A stretch of DNA of 64,000 bases, from assembly GCF_000150275.1 (NCBI RefSeq), contig NW_002060944.1, positions 8,642,159 through 8,706,158 on the forward strand, read 5' to 3'. Shown here in pieces: positions 13,601 to 27,044 of the stretch (the stretch's first letter is position 1; every line of letters starts with the position of its first letter). Position numbers and translations under genes: made by a program. Below the pieces are notes generated by a model. That model was not told the DNA's origin. It did not search any database and saw only the letters and a program-made list of their open reading frames with translations. This DNA is from Trichoplax adhaerens (lineage: Eukaryota; Animalia; Placozoa).

Positions 13601-16600
13601 AGTCACTTTCGACTGTTCTTACGAGGAAGGAGAAGTGATTTATGACGAATCTGCCAGAACGTGATTTGCATAGCGGTTTAATAAACCTTTTAAATTTGAA
13701 TCCTATATCTGTGTCGGCTATTCTTATTGTGAGATAAGATTGTGCTTTGCTAACTCTAGCAAATTGATCAAATATAAGTGAAGTGAAGTAAGAGAGATCT
13801 TACAGTAAGCTAGAAGAAGAATTATTGCAAGCGCAGTTGCTCCTATATTACGTATGGCAGTCTTCGGTTAAAGTCCAAAGGCTAGTCATTAAATCTTTTA
13901 TAATATTTATAATTAAATCTTAGTTAGTCTAGTAATAGTCCAAAGGCTGGTCTTTAAATCTTTTATATTAGCGTAATAGGTTTAAACTCGCACCGATAGC
14001 TATCCATAAGATGTAGTATGCAATAAAAACTAAAAAAATATTGACATTACTGCTAATACTTTTTTATCTTTCTGATCCTGCCAAATAATCATGTTCAATA
14101 GCATCGCAATGCTAATCAGCTCTTCTTATTGATAGATTAGTCTAGATTGCTATTTGGTAATGATAGCCACGATTGCGATTTAAATCTAGCTGTATTCTGC
14201 TACTGCATAAGGTAATGTAGACTGCGAATAAAAATTCCAAGATTTATGGAATTGCTTTAAAATCATTCTACCCTCGTAGTGAATGCAAAGCCAGAAAAAT
14301 TGAATGACATTCCTCAAAATTAAATGTTTATCTGTGGACATCAATTAGATTGATATTACCTTGCAATTATACGCCTCTAGAATGAGGAAACTGAGGGTTT
14401 ACAGAAAAGGATGTCATTAATTACCGTACTGTATAATAAAAGATCTGACCTCAAAACAGCAATATTTTATCATTATCAAAACTATCACCATTTTCAGCAT
14501 TGAACTGTAGGATAGAGAGCTAGAAAATGGAGGGAAAATGATAGCTTAAGTATAAATTTTAGTTATTTTATCTCGTTTACAGCTATGAATTCATTTCTCA
14601 CTTATTACTGACCATAAATTATTCAGTTATATCAATATAAAACATTTTAAACGTTGCACTAATGTTTGTGAAATTATCCTGCCAAAGGCAAAGCATTTCC
14701 ACTAACAGATTTTATGACAACCATGGATATCAAAGAAAATTGCATATATAGCATTATATTTTGTCCTAACGTTTTAACTCAATCTCAGATAAGCTCATTC
14801 TCTATCCGTTCAAAATTGTCATTTTATTATTGATACCGGCTGCAAGTAGGCATAATTCCCTTAATAATTCCAATTTCAGTCTAAGAAGTAGATTGAAGCC
14901 CAGAAATACAAGCACACCATCGGTTGTTTTAACCGTATTTTTACACCTTCATTAGGTGGAATGATTCAAGTAGGATCAAAGTGTAATGGTGCCGATTTCA
15001 ATAGAATTCTTTCCTAAGTTCTTCTATTGTACTTTATATCAGTTTTATTCTGAACTGTCTTCTATTTGAGAAAAGATAAGCCATTTTGAAATGATTGAAA
15101 ATCCTTACTCTTAAAGTCTATTCATCCCCAATGAGACAGATGTTTGTTGTTTTGAAGTTGATAGAATCAATAAATGAGATATTGTCCGAGGAAAAGTATA
15201 CCTTACGGATCTATTTATAGTGGTTTTCCTTTCTAATAATTGTCCTTTTAGAAGTTTTTTTTAAAATAACTGATAATATCATTTACCAAAGTATAGTATT
15301 ATGCGCATAATTAGTCTACATTACGTGTAAATTATAACGCTATCTATAACACAAAAGAAAATATTGCTTATATCCCATCATAATGCTAGAAGAAGATTCA
15401 AATATTTGAGTATTCAACCAGTACGAGAACGAACTCGACAGAAATTAAACTTTCCCTCTCCTGTAATATCTCAAAATTAAGTCAATTTAAATTGAGATTA
15501 AAAAAAGGTTATTGAGCAACATAAGCGAGCTATTCTGCAATAGCTGATTCTAACGGCTTTTTGTAGTGAAGATGGGTTCTATGTTCGATAGTGGTGTATT
15601 CATTATCCACTTGATTGATAATGATTTGAAAATATTAAGAAAATCTCTAGCCCAATAGAGGTGTCTATGTTAGGAGCGGTAAATCGCACCTTCTTGAAAT
15701 TGGCAAGCATAGTCTAATAAACCTTAATATAAGCTCTACTGCAACTTACACACAAGCATCTTTTCTCGTCTTATTACCATGGTGTCAAAAATTAAATTAC
15801 AAAGGACATCAATATAAGTGATAGAGTTTAAATTAAATGTGATATGGTACACATAGGTGCTTTATCTTTGTCTTGTGTTGCACTAATTACTCAGAGTTTT
15901 TCTCATATTTTAGATTAGCAAGGAAAATAAAACTGTTGAAGAGGAAAGCATCGCTATATAAATTTCCTCTCTTATTATATTAATCAATTGAAGCCATCCG
16001 AGAAATCAATAAATAAAAAGTATAGTAGAACGATAACCATTGAATATCAAGGCAAGAAAAAACAAAAATAAAAATTATTAATGCAAGACTTACCTGTACT
16101 GGGACGAAGGATAGGATAAAGAATAAGGATACTAATCGTAGATGTTTTGCGTATTTATATTCATTATAAGATAGATTAAAATAACGTGATGCTGAACGTG
16201 TTAGACCAGTAGTTGTTGTTGCTGCAGTTAAAGTACTAACAGCAGCTGTCCTTAAACCCATTTCAATCGATGGAGAGATTTTATTATTAGACTTCTTATG
16301 AAAGTAACGCATGACAACAGTATTACTAGTGACTGTGACTGCAACGGCAAACAATGTTTCAACTAAATAAAATATTACTAAAATAGTTATAGGCCATGAT
16401 GGGTTAGACCAATTAATTTGGCAGCTTGCATATTTAGGGCAGGTAATAACCACATCGCCAGTAATTATCGGAAGAACTGCAATAGCTACACAATAAGTGG
16501 ATAAAATAGCTAAACTTCGTATAATTTTACCTATAGTGAAATGATTACGATAATAGACAGGAAATGCGACTGCTAAACAACGTTCTAACGCAGCCATCGT

Positions 16601-16945
16601 GGTGATAAACATCGATAAGCGAAAGAATAGCAATGATGTAAAGGTAACCCAGTAACAGATACCAATTCGAATCCATTCACTATGCCATAAAAAATCAAAA
16701 ATGACAAAAAGAAAGACTGAAATGGGGGTTAATAAATCAGTAATAGCTAATAATGCCAAAACGATATCGGGTGCTTTACGATTTTTCATCATAGATATTA
16801 CAATTAATGTGATACAATTGGATATAATAATAAAAATAGAAACGATAGCGATAGCGATAGCTTGAGCGATAATGTACCAAGGATAATTATCGCTCCGATG
16901 ATCTCCATCGGTTGATGTCGTGTTATTGCAGTTGATTAGAATCAT
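7627..16945 (-). CDS. Class A (rhodopsin-like) GPCR, prostanoid-receptor-like, 7 exons, ~589 aa with long C-terminal tail
   Basis: Exons 16945-16094 (TM1-6: SNCITL, LAITDLL, MAALERCLAVAFPVYY, CQINW, LSFVPVQ|GTAAGT), 10044-9828 (TM7 AGLNMIFNPFMY, helix 8), 9270-9166, 9022-8945, 8726-8562, 8215-8078, 7841-7627. All introns are GT..AG; the first is phase 0 and the rest phase 1. The four internal tail exons are multiples of 3 and stop-free. Confidence 0.85.
13872..13968. repeat. Short direct duplication (~31 bp x2, ~65 bp apart) in GPCR intron 1
   Basis: AGTCCAAAGGCTAGTCATTAAATCTTTTATA and AGTCCAAAGGCTGGTCTTTAAATCTTTTATA. Confidence 0.7.
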
Positions 16946-19900
16946 GTCCAGAAAGGAAAGGTTAACCTTGAGTTGATCGATAATAAACTCAAGGTTGAAA
17001 ACAAAGTATAATACAGTCAATTGGCATGGATTAGTAGATTATTACAAGATATTTTATTGATGATGTTATAGGCTAAGTAAGAGCTTACGTTGTTGGTTTT
17101 GATCAAAAGTGATTAATTATCGACAAGAATAATGAATGGACTTGGCAGTAAATATTCAACAACAGATAATTTTCACTACAATATATTGATATTCAACAAT
17201 TTTAGTACGATTGTGATGGCCGCGATGATATAATAGAAATTCCAGAAGAGAAAAAGGTCTATACGACGTATTGGATGGATATAATTAATGCTGTTAAACT
17301 TGTCGATTTACCAGCACTACTTGTCACGGTTAGAATAGTTAGGTTGAAAAAGGTTGTTCGTAAGATGAGCGACTATCAAGCTCTTATTAGTCGACCTTTC
17401 TGCTAAAGGATCCTTATTGATGATACAACATTGTAATAGTTGCAAAGGTGGACGAATGAGTTTAATATTATTCCTGATTTTATCTATTTGATCTAAGTCT
17501 TTAATAATTGAAAAGAAAGTTCTTTAGCAAGAATAAATCGGCCACGTAAGGTATAATGAACTTTTCGATTTGTTAGGATTACTTGTAATTTTGGTACAGG
17601 CATAAGTAATGATAAAATCTATCCAGGGGTTTCCAAAACTTGTCCTTTATCTTTCGTCAATAAGTTCTTAAGTTGGTACGTTTTACTAATACTTTACTAT
17701 AAACTTTGTAACATAAATTGCCTTTAAAATTGATTGTTGATCCCAAAGATGAAACATTGATTAGAGATTACAATTAATTTGGAGTAGCTAATATTGTAAT
17801 TCCCAGCGTTGACAAGGAATAAATCACCAACTAATTTTTCATCATGACTATTTTCTTGGATTAAATTTAAAGTCGAGCTAAATTCAATAATGGCAATAAT
17901 GACTATCCGATATTGAAAAGCAATAAAATAACTTTGTTAATGGACTTGCTAGGAGACTTGTTTAAAGTCAAATTAATATTGTACAGTAATTAATTCTCAA
18001 TGTAGTCATGGATAATAGTATAGCTGATGATAAATAAAATATGCTTGTTGATGAAATATTAAATAGATAAGTCAGGATGATTAAATCGACACAAAAGAGA
18101 CAATTAGTGCTTAGACTGCCAAGAGTATAATGATGGATTTTTTTTGACTTGTTGGTAGAAATTAATTGGATGAAGAGATTGATGAATTACTTTTCTTGTC
18201 TATTTTAATTGATTATTAATATTGCCGTATTGAATGTTTAATCTAAATCCAATGTTAATCAAATCAACTGTGTGATGATTGCTTTCTTGACTACCAACAT
18301 GAATAGGATAAAATATACATAGAAATCATTATAAAAATTAAAAAAAAACCACAGTAAAGACGAACTGAATTTGGCTCTTACGCCGTTTGTTTCCTTTTCG
18401 CTTTTTCTGTCAGTGATCTATATGAGGCTTGGTATTGATGTTATTTTCGTCAAAGAGATATTTACTAAAAGTAGTGAGATAGCTTCAATTCTTTTACTGT
18501 AAATCAATGCAAAACTTTGTACTAAAATGCAACCGGCAATGGCTCTAGTAACTGAGCAATAAATTTCTATTATGTTGAAAATAGATCACCGTTCTCAATG
18601 AGTTGATAATTAAAATTTTGATTTTCAACAAGACTAGTATCCAAATAATATCTAAAACAATCCAATTCCAGTTGAGAATAACTTACATGATATTTTGGAC
18701 TACTAATTAAGATTTAAAGTTGACTTGTCGATAAAATTAACGTCCAAAAATAACTTTTTCAGGCCGTATTAATAATTCGGCCACGAAATACAGAGATTAA
18801 CCCAAATAAGATACCGGCTCTAGATCCTAATAGAAGCAATCTATCGCGTAATTGCTTCTTTCGGAGTGAAAATATCTTTACCTAAACTAGAATAATCGTC
18901 TGCAATCGGCATTTTACTTGAATTAATGTATGAAGATATCTATACTAACTCTGGTATTACTTGAAGTCAAAATTAAATGAAATCCTTTCAAGTAGAGAAG
19001 AGTAAATTCAAACTAGCTTAATATCATTGACTTCCTTCTATATGTTACTAATCTACTCATATTATTATAGAGGACTTCGTTTGCTTTATAATTGAGTAGA
19101 TATCAATTCCTGATCCGAAACCTACCGATTGGGTTTCAACCAATTTTCAACACCAAAGCTGTCCGACAATGAAGAATTGACCGGAAGTTAAAATTATCTA
19201 TTCTAGTACATCAGTAAGGCAGAATTGTAGATGGTACCTAGATAAATTGTTATATCTACACACTACTGCAATTATTATCGTGATATTATATCATAAATTT
19301 CAAGTAATTAAAATGAAAAGAAAAAATATAAACATACGAGTAAGCGTACAAATGAATTAAAACGCCTAACAGGGAGGGGGAGAAATAAGCTAACATCTAC
19401 ACCTTTCCATTCAATTACTGATATGAAGGGTTTAGTATCAGTTGATCGTCAAATTTGAATATTATGCTTTTCTTTTTTTATCTTTTATTGTATGATACCT
19501 ATCTACACTGTATAGCATGATCGCAATGGAAACTTTTTAGACCCGGATTTCACCTTTGATCATTGTCATTTATTCATTCTGCTCAATGTCAATAATAGAC
19601 CCTGCATAGCCCATATCCTGGTTTGATTGATTCAAAATACTCCATAGCTAGACCCGATTATTTTTTCTTTCAATAATAATTACGACAATCCATAAATCAA
19701 CAATTTTTGTCTGAAAATCAGAATTGAAATGCTTTTATATCCGAGTTGGATGCTATTGGATTTAAAATTAAATAAAAGTCGGTCTGATGTTATGTCCGCT
19801 TGTTGTTATTGCTGATTTTCTATGTTTAATTCCAGTTGCTAATATCAATCTTTATATCTATTTATAATTTATTCTATATTTACGTTAAGAGTAGAAAATC

Positions 19901-22900
19901 CTTTAATCGATCCAAAACAATAAATATCTCCATTCTCATTTTGCTACTGTAATTTGGTTGAAGACAATCAATCTTGATGGAGGAAACACTCGCTTCTCTA
20001 GTATCATCTATTAACATCAGAATGAAAGTACAGCAAGTCTATATAAAATGACAATAACACTTTCGAGTTATTTATCAGCTAATTTTAATTCAATATTATC
20101 ACTACAAATATCATAATCATCCTCCTTTTCCTCTCAAGTTGAATAGAAATGACTAAATATTGATCAAATGTCGGTATTACCAATGATTTCTTGACCGCCG
20201 GTTGTCTAGTATTGCAATCCATTGTCGCATTTCCATCGGTAAATTGCTAACTGTTCATAATAAGTCTGATGGACTGTTATTCTAACCGATAGAATTATTG
20301 ATCGGAAATGATTATCGCTAGTAAGCATCGAAAATGGCATAAAGAAAGAGTATAGCTTAGATATACAGCATCCATATACGCAATTTTATTTATCTGATTG
20401 TATCTCATTAGTTTAAATTCTAATTTATAGCTAGAATCATGGCATTGGGAATACGTATATCTGAGTGAAAGAAGAAAAGTCACCTATTGACAAATAGTTT
20501 TTCGCAAAAAAAATAGCATTAAAATAGTAATAACATATTGCGTAGTATAATTCTAAATACGGCAACTTGCGGACGAAAAGGGTTTGCAGTCTAGGTATAT
20601 TTGTAATTTAGATATTTCTCCAGAGTGATATACGAAATTGAAAAACAAGACGGTGGCAAGGACGAAAATTTCACCGCAATGAATCTAATATTATTTATAT
20701 ACTCTCATCCAAGCTCTGTAATGATCTCTAACTATCCCAAACGTAAATATCAATCCGAATGGATAGGTAAGCAATCTTATTCATAACTACTTCTCTCTCA
20801 TTTTGTAAATCGAAGTGAAGTTTTCTCACTTAGCCGTAAGTTCTTCTACGAAATTAAGGTGGAAATTTATGAAACTGACCTTGCATGAAAAATATTAGAC
20901 AGAATCGAAATATTGGCTTGATTTTGAAGTAGAAGAGCAAGTAAATAAGTCAACAAACATTATAGACAACAATAATACAGCAACTAAAAATAGAAAAGTT
21001 TTTGAAGAAAGATAATATCATTTTAAGATTTAAGTACAGTCTCGCAGATACTATGCTACTTCTGTTAATGATAACCTAGTCTAAAAGGTCGCTCTTTACT
21101 GTTGCGTAACAAAGCAAGATCCGAAAAGAAAATACTCTATATTTAATTCCCTATTGATAAGGTAGAATTGCGTTATTATTTTATCATTTAACAGCTTTCA
21201 ATGTCAAATATGAAGGAAAAAATTAGTTCAAGATAATGGAAAATTTATGCTCAATTTGATGTAGGAAATAATATCAGGTATACTTTCATCACCTGTTTTA
21301 AATTTATCTTTTTAAATTAATTAATTATTGACATGCCGCAAGGAAAATGTTGCAGCTGTACTCCTTCTAATCATAATAATTTGGCCCATTTGATGCAGTC
21401 AGCTGTTGGATAACAATATATCCCTTGATATGACTAGCCTATAAGGCCAATGATTAATTTGAATTAAACGGATGTTGATCACCATTAGTGTCCATATACC
21501 GATTGAAATGGATTTAAAAAGGCATAGTGAGAAATTCTAACGCATTAATAATTATAATTAGGCCAAGTTAGATCAGAGTAAGTTTGTCGACAGTCAAGAT
21601 GGTAATAAACATATTTCAAATCACTTGGGCACTATATGACTGTATAAAATTGATTAACTCAACAGTGATCTTGTAGGAACCGATACATAGACTTAATTAC
21701 TTCGATAATTACAATAAGCATTCTATGATTGATTGATAATATGTTTCTATGTTACGATAACGTTTTGTTATAGGAAAAAAGTTTGAATAACAGATAGAAC
21801 GAGAGTAAAATTTATATTCAAAATGGAAATTCTAGGTCGAAATAGTTACTTGAATTAAGAGTCTAATATTTAATGAGTTAGTACATTTATCAGGGAATTT
21901 TGTATCTTCATTGTAGATAGATCTAATAATTAGTTTAATTGGAGATGAAACCAAAGTCATTAATTATTTGATCGCAAGATTTTAAGCACAGTACTAATAT
22001 TGTGGGTTGAAGTTTATAATTTCAAATGAGATTATGATTGTAGTAAACTTATCCGTTAACTCTTCGATTTCAACAGAATTTTTTTAGAATTGAGCGTACA
22101 ACGATAGATGAAGATATATATATATACGCATATATAATCTGTATCAGAAGTTGAAATATTGACAAGCCAATCGTAAAATTTAAGCATGGCACTGTAAACT
22201 TAAGTAGAAGAATACTGATTAAAGCAGTGGTTAAAGTAAAAATTGAATGAGTAATTGATTGATTAATCGGTTGCTATGTAATATGCAAAGTCCATTAATT
22301 ATGAAAGAGGGTATTTGCTGTCTAGTACTCTTGATATAATTGTCTTATGTATGCTATTCCTGTTTCGATTGAATTAATTATTCAGAATTAGTTTAATTGA
22401 AATAGAAGATGTAAATTAGAGATAATAATATGGCTTCAGAATTGTATCAGATGTAATGAGGGCATTAATTACCGGGATATTTTAAAGATAAAAATAAAGT
22501 GTGATTGCAGACTAATATACGGGTTACACTATAGGAGTAGATACTATAATTGTTTTATAATTCGATGGAGTTAACTATAAAGTTTAATAACTTTATAGAA
22601 AAAAAAATGGCCTAACTCAATGCCATACTTGTATGTTATGAATGGCTAAGATTTTGATACCACTTGTGCTAATGCAAGCCAATAATCAATATACCGGATG
22701 GATAATTACTATAGTCTAAATAGAGGTTCTTATTTCAATAGGTATCGCCAACGTTTTCAGTTGAATGGAATACAAGCCATGGAATGATTTCATCCTAGTC
22801 CCCAATGAAATAAAATGATCAAATTAATATTTTAATTGATTCAATGGACAGCTATTGTATTTAGCTGACATTATTGGTTGTAGTGAGCAAGTAACTGATT

Positions 22901-23739
22901 GAATTAGTATCATACAAATCATTGTAACTTTTTATACGGATAAAATGTGTACTAAAGCCGGTTTGTAGTGTCACTAATATAGTATCTGAGTTCTTGACAG
23001 AATTGAGTATTGTAAGTTGATATGGGAAGATCGCGATGGAATGATGACTAATTCAAAATGAATGAACCTGTAACTATGTTTTAATACAGGAATGAACAAT
23101 ATTCACTTGATCGTGATTTGATATTGACCATGGCTGATGGAAATACTGTAGCGATAGTCAATTGTTGGAATTTTGTCCAGAAGCGATCTTTTTGGTGTCG
23201 CTACAAGTTTCAATGTGTCGACATTGTAGTTGAATATTGAACTTTGTCGGCCGATCATTTTTGCTGGTCATTTTAACTGGAGTATACTGCTCCAAAGTAT
23301 CCTCTTAAGTAGCTATTGAGCTACCGAGTACTCTATATATTGAATAGTCCATTTATTGCGAGTTATTCACTACTGTACGTGCTATGATTGATTGCGTTAT
23401 GCTATCGAAATGAATTGAAAAAGAGGCTAAAAAGTAAGCTAAAAGAGAACTGCTGCAGTGTTGGACTTGGTAGGCGTCTTGTCTGTACGTACGTAGCTTG
23501 GCCTTGGTCAATAAATTGTGTCCAATACTTGCTAATGACACTATTTTAGTTATGCAGGCAGTCGATTCTAAATTGACTGATTCTTTCTAAATGAAGTGAT
23601 ACTACATTGTATTCCATTGCCTGTTGCTAAGCTTTGCTTGGAAGCAGTCACTTTCGAATATCCATGTTATTCCAATGAATACGAGTGATTGAGAAAACAG
23701 ATCGGAAAGATTGATGCTGAGTAAAATATTGAGCGACAT

Positions 23740-24497
23740 TTTCAGCCTCCTCTGGTGTGGAAAGTCCGTCCATCCGAGGGAGTGTCCATCCTTCCCAGGT
23801 GTCCATGTTTCTGGCAAGGCGTCTCCCGTCTGTACCCTACAGGCTACAGTACCGTACCAGGATAGTTTTCATCCGGGTCGAATACTGTAAGGCAGGCGGG
23901 CTGGCCTTCCTGGTGATGACGGATCGGGCCAGACTGTCCATGATCGACACACGTGATCGAATGAATGTGATTTGAGATCAGGTCAGCACACATTAGCCAA
24001 TCAAAGTGCAGTATTGACAGTTGGAACGTAATTGATTGTACTGTACTGTTACTGTCTAGGGGACACAGAGAATCTTGCGATAGTAGGGTATGCTATCAAC
24101 GGTGAGTTTGAGTACGTGACGTAGTGTACACATACAGTACTGTACGTGACCGAGCCAAGGCAGCGTGAACTTGTCATGCTGACGCAGACTCATACTGTAC
24201 TGCAGCAGTGTCGCCTGAACTAGACCTGAGTATACAGGTCAGTGTACAGTCGAAGTCGCCGCAGGTCGAATCAAAGGTCACGTCATACCGGCTTACAGTG
24301 ATTGAGTACAATCCTATTGTCGTTGTACTGTACACTGTACACTGTACAGGACAGGGTGACACTATGATGACAGTCTACGGTCTGGACCGGTACCGTCCCA
24401 ACTTCAAGTTCAAATACGCATGACCCAACCCGTAGTACACCAGACAAGAAGCTTGTGAAAGGAAGCGTCTTCAAATCGTCGCTAAGGTGGTGCCAAG
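23740..24497 (+). promoter_or_regulatory. GC-rich promoter island of MSMO1 with E-box, CCAAT, CRE-like sites and GTAC/TACAG arrays
   Basis: CACGTGAT 23950-23957, AGCCAATCA 23995-24003, TACGTGACGT ~24114, GTCACGTCA ~24277, and GTACTGTACACTGTACACTGTACAG ~24325-24349, all directly upstream of ATG 24498. Confidence 0.65.
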
Positions 24498-27044
24498 ATG
24501 AATTTTTATTCTGCTAACGAATCCTTCCCGCTAACGGATTACTTGCCGCAAAATCCCGTCGAACCCTATTTTCGGGATTATTGGATGGCTATGACCGATC
24601 GTTATACTAAATTTCAAATTGCAACTTGGGGATCGTTGATCGTTCATGAGGTATCAGCATGATATTGGATAAGTCTCATCCATTCAGGTGTACAACACCA
24701 AGTCGGTCGGTCGGTCGGCAATGGCAGTTGTCATTTGGATAGCAAATAATCTACCTGTTTATGCCTACATTTTCAACTGTATTACCAAGTCGAAATTGTA
24801 CATTCATCAACAATCATGGCAAAGGATAACTTGTGTCATTTCAATGTATTTTTTTAGCTGGTTTATTTTGGCGCATGTGCGCCTGGATTTATGGCTCAAT
24901 TTATCCCGTTCATGCATTACTTCAAGATTCAAAAGGTAATATAAAGGATATCCGCTATATATTCAATACAGCGAGTGAATAACATTTGAAATGGTATCTT
25001 GCTACTTTCAATCAACCTACTTTTCTTCTTTGTACTGCTGTAGACTACGGTAATGTCATCATGCTTTATAACAAATATTTCCCTCACCCACCTCATGAAT
25101 GAATATCAGACAGTGTCATAAATAAGTTGACTATTGCTATACTACAGTACACCGAACCCCAACACAGGCACACAACGGAATCCAATCCAGGAGAACCAAT
25201 GGATTATGATCAACCTCTTAACGTTCTAGGTGTCCCTTTATATATATTAAATCATTAAGAATGGAACTACTGTATTCCTCTACCAGTTATTGCTTCACAA
25301 TCATCACGTCTGCCGTTACTGTATTACGCACTCATATAACGATTGCTTTTGAAGCCATGAAATCAGATATGCGAGTGTATCAAATCGTTGTTGAGGTGAA
25401 AACTGTGACATAAGTGAAGAATAAAATAAACAACGATACGTAGTCACAGAGTAATGGACATTTTTAGTAACAGTCATCCAAAACACGAGCTCCTAAGCAT
25501 TACTTCTGGTGCTGTAGAATGTACGTATGGCATTATTGATACTGTACTGTTCATATATTTTTTGTATCATTGACGAGTATTCGTTGTTAATGTAAGAACG
25601 GTACTGTGATCACGTTTCGACGCCAGATAAAGCAAGTTGTAAAGGAATGATCTAAAATAGATCAAACTTCCTATCATAGTGAATGCTTCATCTAACTTTG
25701 ACTTTATCGGATGATAAACCCGACATCCATTCATATGTGCGTACGCTTATTACTGTACAAACGTCCCGTTCTACTTAATATAAAGGCGTATAGCATTACT
25801 CTTCCGAAATATTCGCCTAACAAACGCCATCTCTTGGATGAATAGCTTGCAAATAGCTTGCAAATAGCTTGCTATTCTCATCTTACCATTTTGCTTTTAT
25901 ATTGTGCATTACCAATTTGAAAGAAATGAATAGTAAACAAGATGTAGTATCTTCTTAAGCTAGCAGTTAATTCTATGTGTATCTGTTTAACATGAAACGA
26001 ATACTTCGTTGACAGGATAAGCCTGAAACTTTCGACAAGCAATGGAAGTGTTTCAAGCTGCTCATGTTTAATCACTTCCTTATTCAGGTAAGAAAGTTCT
26101 TTTGATGCGTCAATTTATTCGAAATTCAAGTGCACGGTTAAGTTCATACAGTGCATACTGTGCATACAAGCTAGTACGGGTTCAACCGGTTACTCTGTTG
26201 CCAGTTGCTTATAAAATGAGTAATTATTTACGTATCAATTTAGCTGCCTCTGATTTGTGGTACATATGCGTTTACTCAAATGTTTGGAATTCCATATGAC
26301 TACGCATCGATGCCTGCTTGGTTAGTAATACGGAATACTAGAAGATGAGAAATATTGAAAATAAGTTTTACTACAAGCGAAAAGTATCATGAAATATGAA
26401 AATAATTGACATTGTTGTCATGGTCATTCTTACTTCAGGTACATCATCGCGATGCAAGTACTTGGATGTGCTGTAATAGAAGATACCTGGCATTACTTTT
26501 TACATCGAATCATGCACGATAAGCGATTTTATAAGTATGTTCATAAAGTACACCACAATTTTCAGGCACCTTTTGGTATGACAGCGGAATATGCCCACCC
26601 GGTGGAAACTGTTGTTCTTGGTATGGGTTTCTTTATTGGAATTCTTACCTTCTGTACTCATGTTGTCCTTCTCTGGGCTTGGGTTACAGTAAGGCTATTG
26701 GAGACGATCGATGTTCATAGTGGCTATAACCTACCTTACTTAAACCCATTTCATTTGATTCCGTTTTACGCTGGTAAGCGATTGCAATATTATTTTTCGC
26801 CTATATGTGTACAACTATACTATCTTTGTCTAAGTTGATTTGTGTACGAGTATATATTTTTTAAATGTTCCAAACTTTGATTTGCAATGGTTTAGGTGCG
26901 AAATTTCATGATTTTCATCATATGAATTTTACTGGCAATTATTCATCTACCTTTTCATACTGGGATCGAATATTTGGAACAGATCAACAATATCATAAGT
27001 ATGTAGGGGAAAAGCAAAAAGCAGCACTGAAAAAATCTGAATAA
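24498..27044 (+). CDS. MSMO1: Methylsterol monooxygenase 1 (C-4 methylsterol oxidase, ERG25/SC4MOL), 6 exons, ~287 aa
   Basis: Exons 24498-24650, 24858-24935, 26016-26087, 26244-26320, 26439-26773, 26896-27044, in frame. Contains [16 protein letters not shown], three His boxes (HRIMH, HKVHH, HDFHH), DVHSGY, and C-terminal KKSE (KKXX ER retrieval). Confidence 0.97.

Noticed and set aside
15980-17020. Single-exon 346-aa GPCR as given by the ORF track
   Set aside because: Lacks TM7/NPxxY. A strong CAG|GTAAGT donor at 16094/16093 splices in frame to the TM7 exon at 10044, and the likely start is ATG 16945 rather than TTG 17020.
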